Source: an uncultured virus (IMG/VR IMGVR_UViG_3300028888_002345) (lineage: Duplodnaviria; Heunggongvirae; Uroviricota; Caudoviricetes). Taken from it: a DNA stretch of 64,000 nt. The position numbers and the translations under genes are program-made. The notes beneath the pieces were generated by a model. It made no database searches. It saw only the letters and a list, made by a program, of their open reading frames with translations, and was not told the origin of the DNA. Shown here in pieces: positions 42,724 through 54,772 of this stretch (positions within the stretch are counted from its first letter, which is position 1; each line of letters opens with the position of its first letter). Location of the stretch: IMG/VR virus record IMGVR_UViG_3300028888_002345; one strand, written 5' to 3'.

Positions 42724-43374
42724 ATGATAAAAAAGATAGCAAATTTAAAAGGAAGAATAGATTGTCCTAAATGCTTTTCTTTGTTAGAATGGGATAATGC
42801 TAAAGATATAAAAGTTTCAAATGGAAACAAATATATTATTTGTCCAGAATGTGGACAGAGTTTAATATTGAAAAAAGGAAAAGATTACTGGGAAGAGGAT
42901 AGCTCTAATGGAAGTGTAGATGGAATAACGGTTTATGATACAATTCCAGAAAATCTTCAAGAAGGTGACGTCTTCACGTTAAATACAATGCTTGCTATTG
43001 TAGGCAGTTCGGAAGAGGATACGGAGATATGGGGTACTAATTATTATAAATATTATGCGATTGACGCTGAAACATTGCCGATCTTTCCAGTATATAATGT
43101 GGCTATCATAATCAACAATGTAGCATACAATTACTTTGACGGCGAATGGCACGAAACACCTGTTGTTGGACGCGCAAATGAGTTTCCATCTGAGGAAGAT
43201 GATGCATATGAACTGCTTCAATACGTAGACCAAGAAAATTACATCAAAGCAGGGGTTATAATAAAAGAAACTCCTAATTATGCGCGCTCTTATGTATATT
43301 ATAACGGCAAGGTAGATACGAACGAGAATTACATTTCAGAGATGCTTTTCCCTGAATATGCAGATTCTTACTAA
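42724..43374 (+). CDS. Family-A protein, different C-terminus
   Basis: IDCPKCFSLLEW...CPECGQS. Confidence 0.8.
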   Translation: MIKKIANLKGRIDCPKCFSLLEWDNAKDIKVSNGNKYIICPECGQSLILKKGKDYWEEDSSNGSVDGITVYDTIPENLQEGDVFTLNTMLAIVGSSEEDTEIWGTNYYKYYAIDAETLPIFPVYNVAIIINNVAYNYFDGEWHETPVVGRANEFPSEEDDAYELLQYVDQENYIKAGVIIKETPNYARSYVYYNGKVDTNENYISEMLFPEYADSY

Positions 43375-43486
43375 TTTTACTTTGTATTAATCGCACATGA
43401 TTTATTTTTCATAAAACATCATGAAAAATTACATCACCCGAAGTGAGTACCAAGTACAATAAATAATAGATAAGGAATAAAATATT

Positions 43487-44023
43487 ATGAAATAGATAAT
43501 TGCTTTACAAGAATATACTGATAAATATGTATCATTATATTAGGGAGAAATTAGAAATATTGAAACTGAATTAGCTAATAGATTAATTGAATAGGGAATT
43601 GTTGCTGAACATGATAATGACAATAATACTAATAAAGATAAAGAAGAAGAAGGAACACCTTTTAATGGATTAATAAAATTTATAATAAAGAAATCTGAAA
43701 TAAGTGATGAAAGAGCAGAATCTTTCTTATATGTAGGAGATATATTACTTTATACTACTATTTCTTTTTTTACAGATACAGACACTTAGGCACCTAGTGC
43801 TATATGTTCTTTAGGTGAAATAACTTTTAATCCATAGAGTAAAGATGGTCAATATTGTAGTTAGCATTTGGACGAATTTTCTGCAATTACTGATTTTATC
43901 AAAGATACTTTTATTGACAAATATTCAGGCACAAAAAATGGAGAAGTATTAGAAAATATCTTTTCTTACTTATAGCAAGATCCTAATATACCTGCTGAAT
44001 ATACATATTCATTTTATTTATAA
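43487..44023 (+). CDS. Family-B protein (7 TAG)
   Basis: MK*IIALQEYTDKYVSLY*GEIRNIE. Confidence 0.75.
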
Positions 44024-44048
44024 AATATAAACAAAAAGGAGAACATAA

Positions 44049-44885
44049 ATGAAATAGATAATTGCATTACAAGAATATACTGATAAATATGTATCACTAT
44101 ATGAAGGAGAAATAAGAAATATTGAAAATGATTTAGCTAATAGATTAATTAGATAGGGTATTGTTGCAGAACATGATGAAACTGGTCCAGGAGGAGAAAG
44201 TGGATATAGTAGAACTGTTGAATTAACGACTCCGTTTGAAGGTAATGTTCATTTTAATTCAGTTGATGATACTGATTATACAAAGACCTAGATTGAATAG
44301 TTAGCAATTTCAGCAGATGAAATTAATGTGACTTTTGATGGTATAGAATATGAAGTAACAAAAACTACTATTGATGGTATTAGTATATATGGTAATCTTG
44401 GACCTAATAGTGATGAACCATCTTTTCTTGAATATCCTTTTTGTATTATATCATACCCTGAAGGTGAAGGAACAGTAATCACATCTAATTCTACAGCAGA
44501 AAATCATAATATAAAAATAGAAGCAAAAACTGAAACACTAGAAACTACAGAAGATTTTAGAAAAGCTGTTGAATCTATTATTATTAATAATAATTTAAAA
44601 ATTATTCAAGGAACAACTAGCTAGGATCGTGAAAATGGTATTATTTATTTAAATATCCCTGCTAAAGAATTATATACTTATTTTATAAATGGTAATCGTA
44701 TATTTTTTCAATTAAAAATTGATTCCACTATAACATATTTTTATATAATAGGAGCTGATTTAATTAATAATTCTAAATTTACTTTTACAGTTAGTGCAGA
44801 TCTTAACAATAATAATACTTTATCTTATTTTACAGCTATTTCAGAATCTGCTTTTCCAAGATTAACCCTAGACGATGCTGATTAA
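44049..44885 (+). CDS. Family-B protein (5 TAG)
   Basis: MK*IIALQEYTDKYVSLYEGEIRNIE; includes track ORF 44328-44624. Confidence 0.75.
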
Positions 44886-44947
44886 ATTAAATCTTATTTA
44901 ATTTAATTATTTTTAAAAATAAAAATATTTTAAAAAGGAGAAAAAAT

Positions 44948-45151
44948 ATGATTACAAAAATTGCAAGTTTAAAGGGACAAATTGATTGTCCTAATTGCTT
45001 TTCATTACTTCAATGGGATTCTGTTAACGATATAAAAACCAGTAATGGAAATAGATATATCGTATGCCCAGAATGTGGACAAAGTATTCTTTTAGATCCT
45101 AAAAAAGATTACTGGATTACCGTAGAAGAAAATGGAAATGGACCAAGCTAA
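44948..45151 (+). CDS. Family-A Zn ribbon, stand-alone
   Basis: IDCPNCFSLLQW...CPECGQS. Confidence 0.8.
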   Translation: MITKIASLKGQIDCPNCFSLLQWDSVNDIKTSNGNRYIVCPECGQSILLDPKKDYWITVEENGNGPS

Positions 45152-45213
45152 TTTAAAATTATTTTAAATACTTTAATAAAATGCTATAAATTATTAATTT
45201 ATAGCATTTTTTT

Positions 45214-45242
45214 TTGACTTTTTTTATTTTTTATGATATACT
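45214..45242 (+). promoter_or_regulatory. sigmaA-type promoter
   Basis: TTGACT-17-TATACT. Confidence 0.7.
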
Positions 45243-45279
45243 AATAATAGAAAAATTTTAAAGGAATAAAAATAAAAAT

Positions 45280-47091
45280 ATGAAATTTAAATTAATTAAT
45301 CCAATTAATCAATAGTATTCAACAGTATAGCAAATATTAACTAATAGAGGAATTACAAGAGAACAAATAAAACACTATCTTCATACAACAGACAAAGATA
45401 TTAATAATCCTGAATAGTTTGGAGAAAAAATACTTAAAAACGCGGCGGCGCTTGTTATTCAAACGGTACAGTCTAATAAAAAAATGGTGGTTATTGTAGA
45501 CTGTGACTGTGACGGTTATACCGCAGCCGCAATTTTTATTAACTATTTACATGATTTTTTCCCGGCCTACGTTGAAAATAATTTAATTTATTATGTTCAC
45601 GATTCAAAGCAACATGGTCTTTCTGATTGTATAGATTGGGTTATTAATACCGAAAATTTAGGATTGGTTGTATGTCCAGATTCTTCTAGTAATGATTATC
45701 ATGAACATAAATGTTTAAAAGAACGTAAAATTAACGTTTTAGTTCTAGATCACCATGACGCAGAAAAGATTAGTTAGGATGCAGTAGTTATTAATAATCA
45801 GCTTTCAACTTATCCAAACAAAGACCTCTCTGGCGCAGGCGTTACATGGCAATTTTGTAGATACCTTGATAAATTATTAAAAGTTAATAATGCAGAACAA
45901 TATAGAGATCTAGTTGCCCTTGGTAATGACGCAGATATGATGAGTTTACGTTCTATAGAGACTAAACACTTAATTAGTACCGGTTTAGCCTCTCCGCGTA
46001 ATCCTTTTATAGCAACTATGGCATAGAAAAATTCTTTTTCCCTTAAAGGAAAACTTACTCCAATTGGAGTTGCTTTCTATATTGCTCCTTTTGTTAATGC
46101 TATGACTCGTTCTGGGACTATTGAAGAAAAGCTTCTTCTTTTTGAATCAATGCTTAAATACAAAGCATTTTAGGAACTTCCTTCTACTAAAAGAGGCCAT
46201 ACTCTTGGAGAAATATAGACCCTTGTTGAACAAGCGGTCCGCGTCGCAACAAATGTAAAAAATCGCCAAACTAAAGTTCAAGATGAACTTATGTAGAAAG
46301 TATAGGCTAAAATTGAAAAATATAATCTTCTTTCTCATAAAGTTCTTCTTTTCCTTATGGATCCTGGTCAAATTGATCGTAATGTAGCTGGTCTTGTAGC
46401 AAATAAAATAATGGCTAAATATCAACGTCCAGTTTGTATTTTAACAAAAACTGAAACTAAAATACAAGGATCTAAAAAAGATCTTCCTTGGGACTAGTAT
46501 GAAGAAGAAACTATTATTTCTTATGCGGGTTCAGCGCGAGGATGTGATAAAGTTGGATTATTAGATTTTAAACAAGTTTGTCTAGATACTGGAGTATGTA
46601 ATTATGCTTAGGGTCACCCTAATGCTTTTGGACTTTCAATTAATGAACAATTTATACAAACTTTTATTCAAAAAACAGATTAGATTTTATCTAATATGAA
46701 AGATGAAGCTGTATATTACGTTGATTATATTTACAATGCAGATACTATAAATGAACAAAATATTCTTGATATTGCAAACCTTGATGATCTCTGGGGAAAA
46801 GATATGGATTAGCCTTTTATAGCAGTCCGTAATTTAAAAATAACACCAGATATGGTAACAATCTATGATAAACGAGGATATACTATTAAAATAAAAACTC
46901 CAAGTGGAGTAGATATAATTAAATTCCGAGCATCTGAATAGGACTGTTAGAAACTTCAAACAAATAACACTGGTTTTATTGAACTTAATATAGTTGGTAG
47001 ATGCAGTCAAAATGAATGGCTAGGTAACATATCTGCACAGATTTTTATGGAAGACTATGAAATAATTGACTCAAATAAATATTACTTTTAA
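45280..47091 (+). CDS. recJ: RecJ-like DHH exonuclease (15 TAG)
   Basis: DCDCDG, HGL, PDS, DHH, LSGAGV, ADMM, GSARG, GHPNAFG. Confidence 0.88.
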
Positions 47092-47100
47092 GGAGAAACA

Positions 47101-47319
47101 ATGACAGTTCATCAATGTGATTTTTGTAAAAAAATAATTAAAGATAATGATTATACTGTTTATATAGTACCTATTAATGAATATGTATATGCGGAAAGCG
47201 AAGGAATAAAACTTGCTAAAATTAAAAAAGGAGTAACTACTCAAAAAATAGATTTATGCGATAAGTGTTCACAAACATTAGCTAATTTTTGTGATTCTTA
47301 TTTATATTTAAATGATTAA
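47101..47319 (+). CDS. Small Zn-binding hypothetical protein
   Basis: CDFC...DLCDKC. Confidence 0.7.
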   Translation: MTVHQCDFCKKIIKDNDYTVYIVPINEYVYAESEGIKLAKIKKGVTTQKIDLCDKCSQTLANFCDSYLYLND

Positions 47320-47409
47320 ATGTTACTTTTAATTGCTCGGCACGCTGGCGGCCGAGCCTTCCTTTCATTTTTAGTCTTGGTATTTTTCATTTCAAAAAAG
47401 GAGGTAAGT

Positions 47410-47613
47410 ATGAATAATATACAAGATTTAGATATTTTATAGATTCTTGCACTTTATATACAACTTAAAAATATAGAATGGGATTAGAATCAAAATAATT
47501 ATATTCATTCTGTTATCGAGACCATCAATACTTAGATTGCAAAGCTACATTAGGAAAATGACTACATTATGAAACAAAATGCCGAAATATTGCATAAACT
47601 TGACAACCTATAA
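47410..47613 (+). CDS. Small coiled-coil protein (4 TAG)
   Basis: GGAGGT RBS, ATG 47410, TAA 47613. Confidence 0.65.
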
Positions 47614-47628
47614 TTTTTATGATATAAT
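47600..47628 (+). promoter_or_regulatory. Consensus sigmaA promoter
   Basis: TTGACA-17-TATAAT. Confidence 0.8.
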
Positions 47629-47662
47629 TAATATACGAAAAACAAAAAAGGAAAGAAATAAT

Positions 47663-47935
47663 ATGAGTATAAAATTAGATAATATAGAAATTATTAATAT
47701 TAATGGAGAAGAATATCAAATTCAAAATAAAAAACATTTAAATGGATATTTGTATGATTCTTTATGTTATCGCTACATTAGAGCTAGAGAACAAATGGCA
47801 GAATATGAATATTTAAGAGATTGTCAAAGCAGAAAAAACGATACTACAGATTGGAAAGTATATCGTCAAAGAGCAAATGGAGATATTATGAGATTTTGTC
47901 AAATTCTAGATGAAGCTATTGGAGAACATGATTAA
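47663..47935 (+). CDS. Hypothetical protein
   Basis: ATG 47663 follows the promoter and RBS. Confidence 0.65.
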   Translation: MSIKLDNIEIININGEEYQIQNKKHLNGYLYDSLCYRYIRAREQMAEYEYLRDCQSRKNDTTDWKVYRQRANGDIMRFCQILDEAIGEHD

Positions 47936-49119
47936 TGTCAATAGTACTAACTAAAAAACAAGAAGAAGGTTTAAGAATTTCAATTCAGCGGTTTTTAGAT
48001 GGAGAAAAATATACTGTAATTAGTGGCTATGCGGGTACTGGTAAAAGTACCCTTGTTAAATTTATAACTCAATCACTTCCAGGAATAGATCCTGACGAGG
48101 ATGTTGTATATGCAACATTTACAGGCAAGGCAGCTCAAGTTTTAATGTCAAAAGGTAATAAAAATGCAATGACATTACATAGACTTTTATATGAGTCTAT
48201 TCCAAAGCCAGACGGTACTTTTTTACGCCGGCCGCGTTTAAGTATTGATTTTCCTGTTGTTGTAGTAGATGAAGTCTCAATGGCACCTATTGAAATGATG
48301 AGACTTCTTTTTATGCATCCTGATATTTATGTTATATGTTTAGGTGATCCTTTTCAGCTTCCACCTATAAATAAAGACTCAGATAATCATCTTCTTGATA
48401 ATCCTCATGTTTTTCTTGACGAAGTAATGCGTCAAGCTAAAGAATCAGAAATTATTTGTATGACAATGGATATTCGAGATGGAGTCAAATTAGATGATTT
48501 TGATGGAAAAGATGTAAAAATTTATGACCAGTCTGCATTAAATACAGGTATGCTACTTTGGGCAGATCAAATTATTTGTGCAACTAACAAAACAAGAACT
48601 CAAATTAATAATAATATTCGAGACCTCTTAGGACGAGGAGATGTGCCTGAAGATGGAGATAAAGTTATTTGTTTAAGAAACTATTGGGACTATTGGGCAG
48701 ATAATGGAGATTATTTAGTAAATGGTACTATTGGTTATATAGATAATGTATATGCAAGTTTTAATGTAATTCCTTATTATTATGGAGGAGGAACAATTAA
48801 TATAACCAGAGCAGATTTTATATCTGATACAAATGCTAATTATGGTAATCTTCAAATGGATACCAAAGAAATTCTTACAGGTGAAAGATGTCTTGATAAT
48901 AAAACTATTTATCGTTTAACAAAAAGTAGAAGATATGCTCATCTTGTACCAATGGAATTTACTTATGGATATTGTATTACATGTCATAAAGCACAGGGTT
49001 CTCAATGGGGAAAAGTTCTTGTTATTGAAGAGAATTTTCCATTTGATAATTTAGAACATGCTAAATGGCTTTATACGGCAGCGACTAGGGCGGAAGAAAA
49101 ATTAGTTATTGTGAGGTAA
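47935..49119 (+). CDS. RecD/Dda-like SF1 helicase
   Basis: GYAGTGKS, DEVSM, GDPFQLPP, TCHKAQGSQW, YTAATRA. Confidence 0.9.
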   Translation: MSIVLTKKQEEGLRISIQRFLDGEKYTVISGYAGTGKSTLVKFITQSLPGIDPDEDVVYATFTGKAAQVLMSKGNKNAMTLHRLLYESIPKPDGTFLRRPRLSIDFPVVVVDEVSMAPIEMMRLLFMHPDIYVICLGDPFQLPPINKDSDNHLLDNPHVFLDEVMRQAKESEIICMTMDIRDGVKLDDFDGKDVKIYDQSALNTGMLLWADQIICATNKTRTQINNNIRDLLGRGDVPEDGDKVICLRNYWDYWADNGDYLVNGTIGYIDNVYASFNVIPYYYGGGTINITRADFISDTNANYGNLQMDTKEILTGERCLDNKTIYRLTKSRRYAHLVPMEFTYGYCITCHKAQGSQWGKVLVIEENFPFDNLEHAKWLYTAATRAEEKLVIVR

Positions 49120-49124
49120 AATAA

Positions 49125-49421
49125 ATGGCAGATATGATGACTTTTCCACCAACTTTTGAAGAATTTATTAAACAATATGAATTTAAAGATGAAGATGAAG
49201 TATATACTAATGGTGCTGAATTAATCCCCTCTTTTAGAGTAATGCAAGCATGGGAACACTATATAGAGCCTTTAAAAAAAATTCAAACAGAAATTACCAA
49301 TATGGTAAATATTATAAATATGACTGAAGACAGTATTTCTGATCTTAGCACTTATATTGACACACTTCAAAATAATATTTATAATATGGAGGATGAAATA
49401 GATGAAATATATTCAGACTAA
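49125..49421 (+). CDS. Hypothetical protein
   Basis: GAGG RBS. Confidence 0.7.
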   Translation: MADMMTFPPTFEEFIKQYEFKDEDEVYTNGAELIPSFRVMQAWEHYIEPLKKIQTEITNMVNIINMTEDSISDLSTYIDTLQNNIYNMEDEIDEIYSD

Positions 49422-49671
49422 ATTTTGTAAAGGAACTTTTATTCTTGAAAAACGTATTAATTTAGATAATTTTTTAACTCAACATGAGCAAGAAAGGTTT
49501 TATTATTTAAAAAATACTAATGAAAATAAAATGTCTGATGAAGATTTTGATTGGTATGAAAATGTTTTAAATAGAATTAAAGAAGAATCTGATTTTATTG
49601 AATCAGAAGTAGTTTCTTATGAAGTTGATGATTGGGAAGAATATGATAATGAAAATCGAATTATTTCATAA
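49402..49671 (+). CDS. Hypothetical acidic protein
   Basis: GGAGG RBS. Confidence 0.65.
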   Translation: MKYIQTKFCKGTFILEKRINLDNFLTQHEQERFYYLKNTNENKMSDEDFDWYENVLNRIKEESDFIESEVVSYEVDDWEEYDNENRIIS

Positions 49672-49683
49672 AAGGAAGAATAA

Positions 49684-49887
49684 ATGAAATATAAATGGAG
49701 ATTAATTTATAAACCACCAATAGAACAAATAGATTATAATAATATTGATTCTTTACCAAAGGTATTTTATCTTTCTGTATATGATTGCCCTGAAAAATTA
49801 GATTTAGGAATAAAAATTAAGCAGCTTAAAAAACTTTATAATATGAAAGATGAATATATTGAACTTGAAGATTTAGAAAATTTATGA
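49684..49887 (+). CDS. Hypothetical protein
   Basis: RBS and track ORF. Confidence 0.6.
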   Translation: MKYKWRLIYKPPIEQIDYNNIDSLPKVFYLSVYDCPEKLDLGIKIKQLKKLYNMKDEYIELEDLENL

Positions 49888-49925
49888 TATAATATTAGTA
49901 TACTGAAAAAGAAAGAGGTATATTA

Positions 49926-52900
49926 ATGACGAGATTCTCAGTACATAATCATACGGAGATGTCAAACTTCCGTTTATTGGATTGCATTATAAAATTACCA
50001 GACCTTATTAAAAGAGGAAAAGAGATTGGGTTAGCTGGATTGGCAATTACTGACCATGAAACAATAGCCCAATCTATTCGTGTGTGTAAATTACAAAAAG
50101 AAAATCCAGATTTTAAAATTGCAATAGGTAATGAAATTTATCTTACTGATACAAGAGATAAGGGACAGAAATATTATCATTATATTTTAATTGCAAAAGA
50201 CAAAGAAGGACATAAACAACTGCGGCGGTTGTCCTCAAGGGCATGGCTTTGTTCATATTGGGATAGAGGTATGGAAAGAGTCCCAACGTTAAAAGAAGAA
50301 CTTGAAGCAGTCGTTAGAAAAAATCCTGGTCATCTTATAGCTACATCAGCTTGTATCGGCAGTGAGTTAGGAAGTTCAATTCTTGAATTAACCTCTGCAA
50401 GAACAACCGGTAACGTGAAAGCCGAGTCCGCGGCTTATCAGCGCATCATAGATTATATTAATTTTAATAAAACCCTCTTTGGGTCTGATTTCTATCTGGA
50501 AATAGCGCCGGCCGCGAGTAAAGAGCAGATTATAGTAAATAAGATGATTTCTAAACTATCATCTCTTTATTCTATTCCTATTGTTATTGGCGATGATAGT
50601 CATTATCTTAAAAAAGAAGATAGATACATTCACAAAGCGTATCTTAACTCAAAAGGTGGAGAACGTGAAACAGATTTATTTTATGAGTATTCTTATCTTC
50701 AAGATGAGAATGATATAAGAAAAAATCTTGAGCCAAGTGAAATTGATATTGACTCTTGCTTTAATAATAGTATGGAAATATTTGATAAAATTGAAGTATA
50801 TAATTTACTTCATAGTCAAACAATTCCAAGTGTACCTGTTAAAGATTATTCAAAAGGACAAATTCAAGGTAGATTAGAAACTTCAAAAACACCAGGAATT
50901 GCTTATACTTTTACTATTCCTGATGAAGAATATTATCCAGAAATATATCGAATGTATTATTCAGAAGATAAATATGAAAGATATTGGATAAACGAATGTT
51001 GTAAAGAATTAGTTAATAAAAATCTTGACAAAAAAGAATATTGGAATGAACTTGAAGAAGAAGCAAGAGTAAAAAGAGTTATAGGTGAAAAACTTGGAAC
51101 AAATATGTTCAAGTATCCTATTACTCTTAAATATTACATTGACATGATGTGGGATTGTGGTTCTCTCGTAGGCGCAGGTCGTGGATCATCTTGTGCAGCC
51201 CTTAATCATTATCTCTTAGGTATTACTCAGCTTGATCCTATTAAATGGAATCTTCCATTCTTTCGATATATGAACGATGAACGAGTAGAACTTGGTGATA
51301 TTGATATAGATATATGCCCTTCAAAAAAAGGAACAATAGTAAAAGAGATTAAGAAAGAGCGCGGCAGCCGGTTCAACCCGGATATAGACCAGCTTTCCAG
51401 AGATAATCTGGGTTGTACTTTGATAGCTACATATGGAACGGAAGGAACTAAGTCAGCAATTCTTACGGCTTGTCGTGGTTATCGTCATTTAGAATATCCA
51501 AATGGCATTGATAATGATGAAGCGCAGTATATTGCAAGTCTTGTTCCAAGTGAACGTGGATTCTTATGGTCTATTGATGAAGTTGTAAATGGCAATCCTG
51601 AAAAAGGAAGAAAACCTGTAGATTTATTTATTAAAGAAGTAAATGAATATCCAGGACTTCTTGATATTATAAAAGGTATTGAGGGTCTTATAAATAAACG
51701 ATCTTCTCATGCAAGTGGTGTTATTTTGTTTGATGAAGATCCATATGAATTTGGTTGTTTTATGAGAACTCCAAAGGGAGAGGTTATTACTCAATATGAT
51801 CTTCATGACTGTGAAGCTGCGGGTTTAACAAAGTATGACTTTCTTGTTACTGAAGTGCAGGATAAATTAGCACAAGCAATAAAATTCCTTCAAGAAGATG
51901 GTTGTATTGAAAAAGATATGAGTCTTCGTGAAGTTTATAATAAATATTTTCATCCTAATGTACTTCCATTAGATCGACAAGATGTATGGGATGCAATTAG
52001 AGATGGTAAAGTTATTAACGTGTTTCAGTTTGATAGTGAAGTAGGTAGTCAGGCTGCAAAGAAAATTAAGCCACAAACTATTTTAGAGTTAAGTGATGCT
52101 AACGGTTTGATGAGACTTATGACTTCAGAGCAAGGTGCTGAAACGCCAATGGAAAAATATATCAGATTTAAAAGTAATATTAAACTCTGGTATAATGAGA
52201 TGGATAGATATGGACTTACAAAAGAGGAACAGAAAACTCTTGAACCATATTTCTTATCATCTTATGGAGTCCCACCATCACAGGAACAGTTAATGACAAT
52301 GTTGATGGATAAAAATATATGCGACTTTTCTCTTAAAGAAGCGAATGCAGCTCGTAAGATAGTCGGTAAGAAGCAGATGAATAAAATCCCAGAATTACAT
52401 CAAAATATTCTTGATAAAGCAAAAAGTAATGCTTTAGGACAGTATGTATGGGATTGTGGTGTTGGTCCTCAGATGGGGTACTCTTTTTCAACGATTCATG
52501 CATTAGCATATAGTTTTATCGGTTATCAAACTGCTTATATTGCGACAAATTGGAATCCAATATATTGGGATACAGCTTGTTTAGTTGTTAATAGCGGTAG
52601 TTTAGAGGATAATGATAATGAATACGATGACGATGAACTTTATGAAAATGAACAGCCAAGCAAGAAAAAAGAAACTGGCACAGATTATGGAAAGATGGCC
52701 AAGGGGCTCGGCGAAATCATTGCAGCTAACATCAAAGTTAGTTTAGTTGATATTAATAGATCAGATTATGGATTCAAACCAGACGTAGAAAATAACCAAA
52801 TCTTATTTGGAATGAAAGCATTGGGTTATGTTGGTCAAGATGTCGTTAATAAAATTAAAGAAGGTAGACCGTATAATAGTTTAAAAGATTTTATGGATAG

Positions 52901-53918
52901 GTGTTATTTAAATAAAACAGCTATGATAAATCTTATTAAAGGTGGTGCATTTGATGAATTAGAGTCCGCTTGGGCAAAACAATTAAATGTATCTCCAAGA
53001 ATTTTAGCGATGGTTTATTATCTTAGTGTTGTATCTGAACCGAAGAAAAAATTAACTTTACAAAATTTTAACGGTTTAATTGAACGAGGTCTTATTCCTG
53101 AAGAATTAGATTTTCAACGTAGACTTTTTAACTTTAATAAGTATTTAAAAGCACATAAAGAAGCAACATATTACGTGATAGTTGATAAGCCGGCCGCGGA
53201 TTTCTACCAAAAATATTTCTCTCTTGATAACATAGAAAAAATAGAAAATGGAAAAGCATATTTACCTCAAAAAACCTGGGATAATATTTATAAAATAAAT
53301 ATGGATGAAGCAAGAGATTATCTTAAAATTCATCAAGAAAAAGTATTAAAAGAATATAATACTCTTCTTTTCAAAGAACAATGGGATAAATATGCAAAAG
53401 GAAATATTTCATCTTGGGAAATGGAAGCTTTATGTTTTTATTATCATGACCATGAATTAAAATATATAGATAATCAAAAGTATGGAATTAAAAACTTTTT
53501 TGATCTTCCAATAACTCCTGAAGTAGAATATTTTTTCAAAAGGAATGGAAAACAGATTCCTATTTATAAACTTTGTAGAATCGCTGGAACCGCTATAGGG
53601 AAGAATGATACTAGACATAGTGTAACATTACTTACAGTTAATGGTGTAGTAAATGTTAAATTTTCTCGTGATTATTATGCCATGTTTAATCGTCAATTAA
53701 GTGAAAAAAATGAACAAGGAGTTAAAAAAGTAAAAGAAAAAGGTTGGTTTACTCGTGGAACAAAACTTCTTGTTACAGGTTATCGTCAAGATGATACTTT
53801 TATTTCAAAAAAATATCAAAAAACCGGTGGTCATCAATTATATATGATTACTGAAGTTGAAGGAAGAAATATAAATATAACTTCAGAAAGATATGGTATT
53901 AACGATGAATAGCAATAA
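49926..53918 (+). CDS. dnaE: DNA polymerase III alpha subunit (family C); the only TAG is at 53910, two codons before TAA
   Basis: PHP HNHT/TDHE; GAGRGS; DIDID; HASG; KYDFL; YSFS..H. Confidence 0.93.
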
Positions 53919-54483
53919 ATATAAATTAATAGTTCTTTTTGGAAAAGCTGGAGCAGGTAAAGATTACCTACTTCAGCAGATATATAAAAGACATAAGGAT
54001 ATATTAAACTTAGTTGTGTCCGATACAACCCGACCGCCGCGTTTTGGAGAAGAGAATGGAAAAGATTATTATTTTTTAACTGAAGAAGAATTTAAATCTA
54101 AAGAGCATCTTGAACAATCATATTTTAATAATTGGTATTATGGAACTCCATTATCTTCTTTTAATAAGACTAAAATTAATATATGCGTTATGAATCCAGA
54201 AGGGATTAAACAAATTTATTTAAAAGAAGACTTAGATATTAAATTATTCTATGTAAGTGCTCCAGATATAACTCGTTTTTTTAGACAAATTGAAAGAGAA
54301 CAATATCCAAACTTTTCTGAAATTTGCAGAAGATATTTAGCAGATGAAGAAGATTATAAAAATCTTTTTCATTATCCATTTACTGAATTAAGAAATTCTT
54401 TTAGTTTTGATGTAGAACAATGTATCACAACAGTTGAAGAAACAATTAACCAATTTAAATCTGATTTGGACAGAATGGATTAA
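53905..54483 (+). CDS. Guanylate kinase-like protein
   Basis: GKAGAGKD, TTRPPRFGEENGKDYYF, WYYGT. Confidence 0.85.
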   Translation: MNSNKYKLIVLFGKAGAGKDYLLQQIYKRHKDILNLVVSDTTRPPRFGEENGKDYYFLTEEEFKSKEHLEQSYFNNWYYGTPLSSFNKTKINICVMNPEGIKQIYLKEDLDIKLFYVSAPDITRFFRQIEREQYPNFSEICRRYLADEEDYKNLFHYPFTELRNSFSFDVEQCITTVEETINQFKSDLDRMD

Positions 54484-54538
54484 TTTTACTCTTTTGGTTT
54501 TAATATAATATATCAATCACAAAAAGGAGAATAATATA

Positions 54539-54772
54539 ATGAAAATTATTTTATATACTACACATTGTCCAATGTGTACAGTACTGGAAGAAAAACTTCA
54601 AGATGCAAACTTTGAATATGATACAGTAGAAGATCCTTAGGAGATTATTAAACTTGGTTATCGTTCTGCTCCAATTCTTTCTGTTGATGAAAATACAATG
54701 ACTTTTAAAGAAGCTTGTAATTGGATTGAATATATGGAAGATTTAGAAATGGAGAAGGATAATGCAAATTAA
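54539..54772 (+). CDS. Glutaredoxin/NrdH-like protein (1 TAG)
   Basis: LYTTHCPMC...SAPIL. Confidence 0.8.

Noticed and set aside
20996..47091. Stop-interrupted genes as pseudogenes or sequencing errors
   Set aside because: Only TAG interrupts, with no frameshifts. Random G-to-T errors would mostly turn the far commoner GAA into TAA, which is never seen in frame. A cognate CUA tRNA is present.
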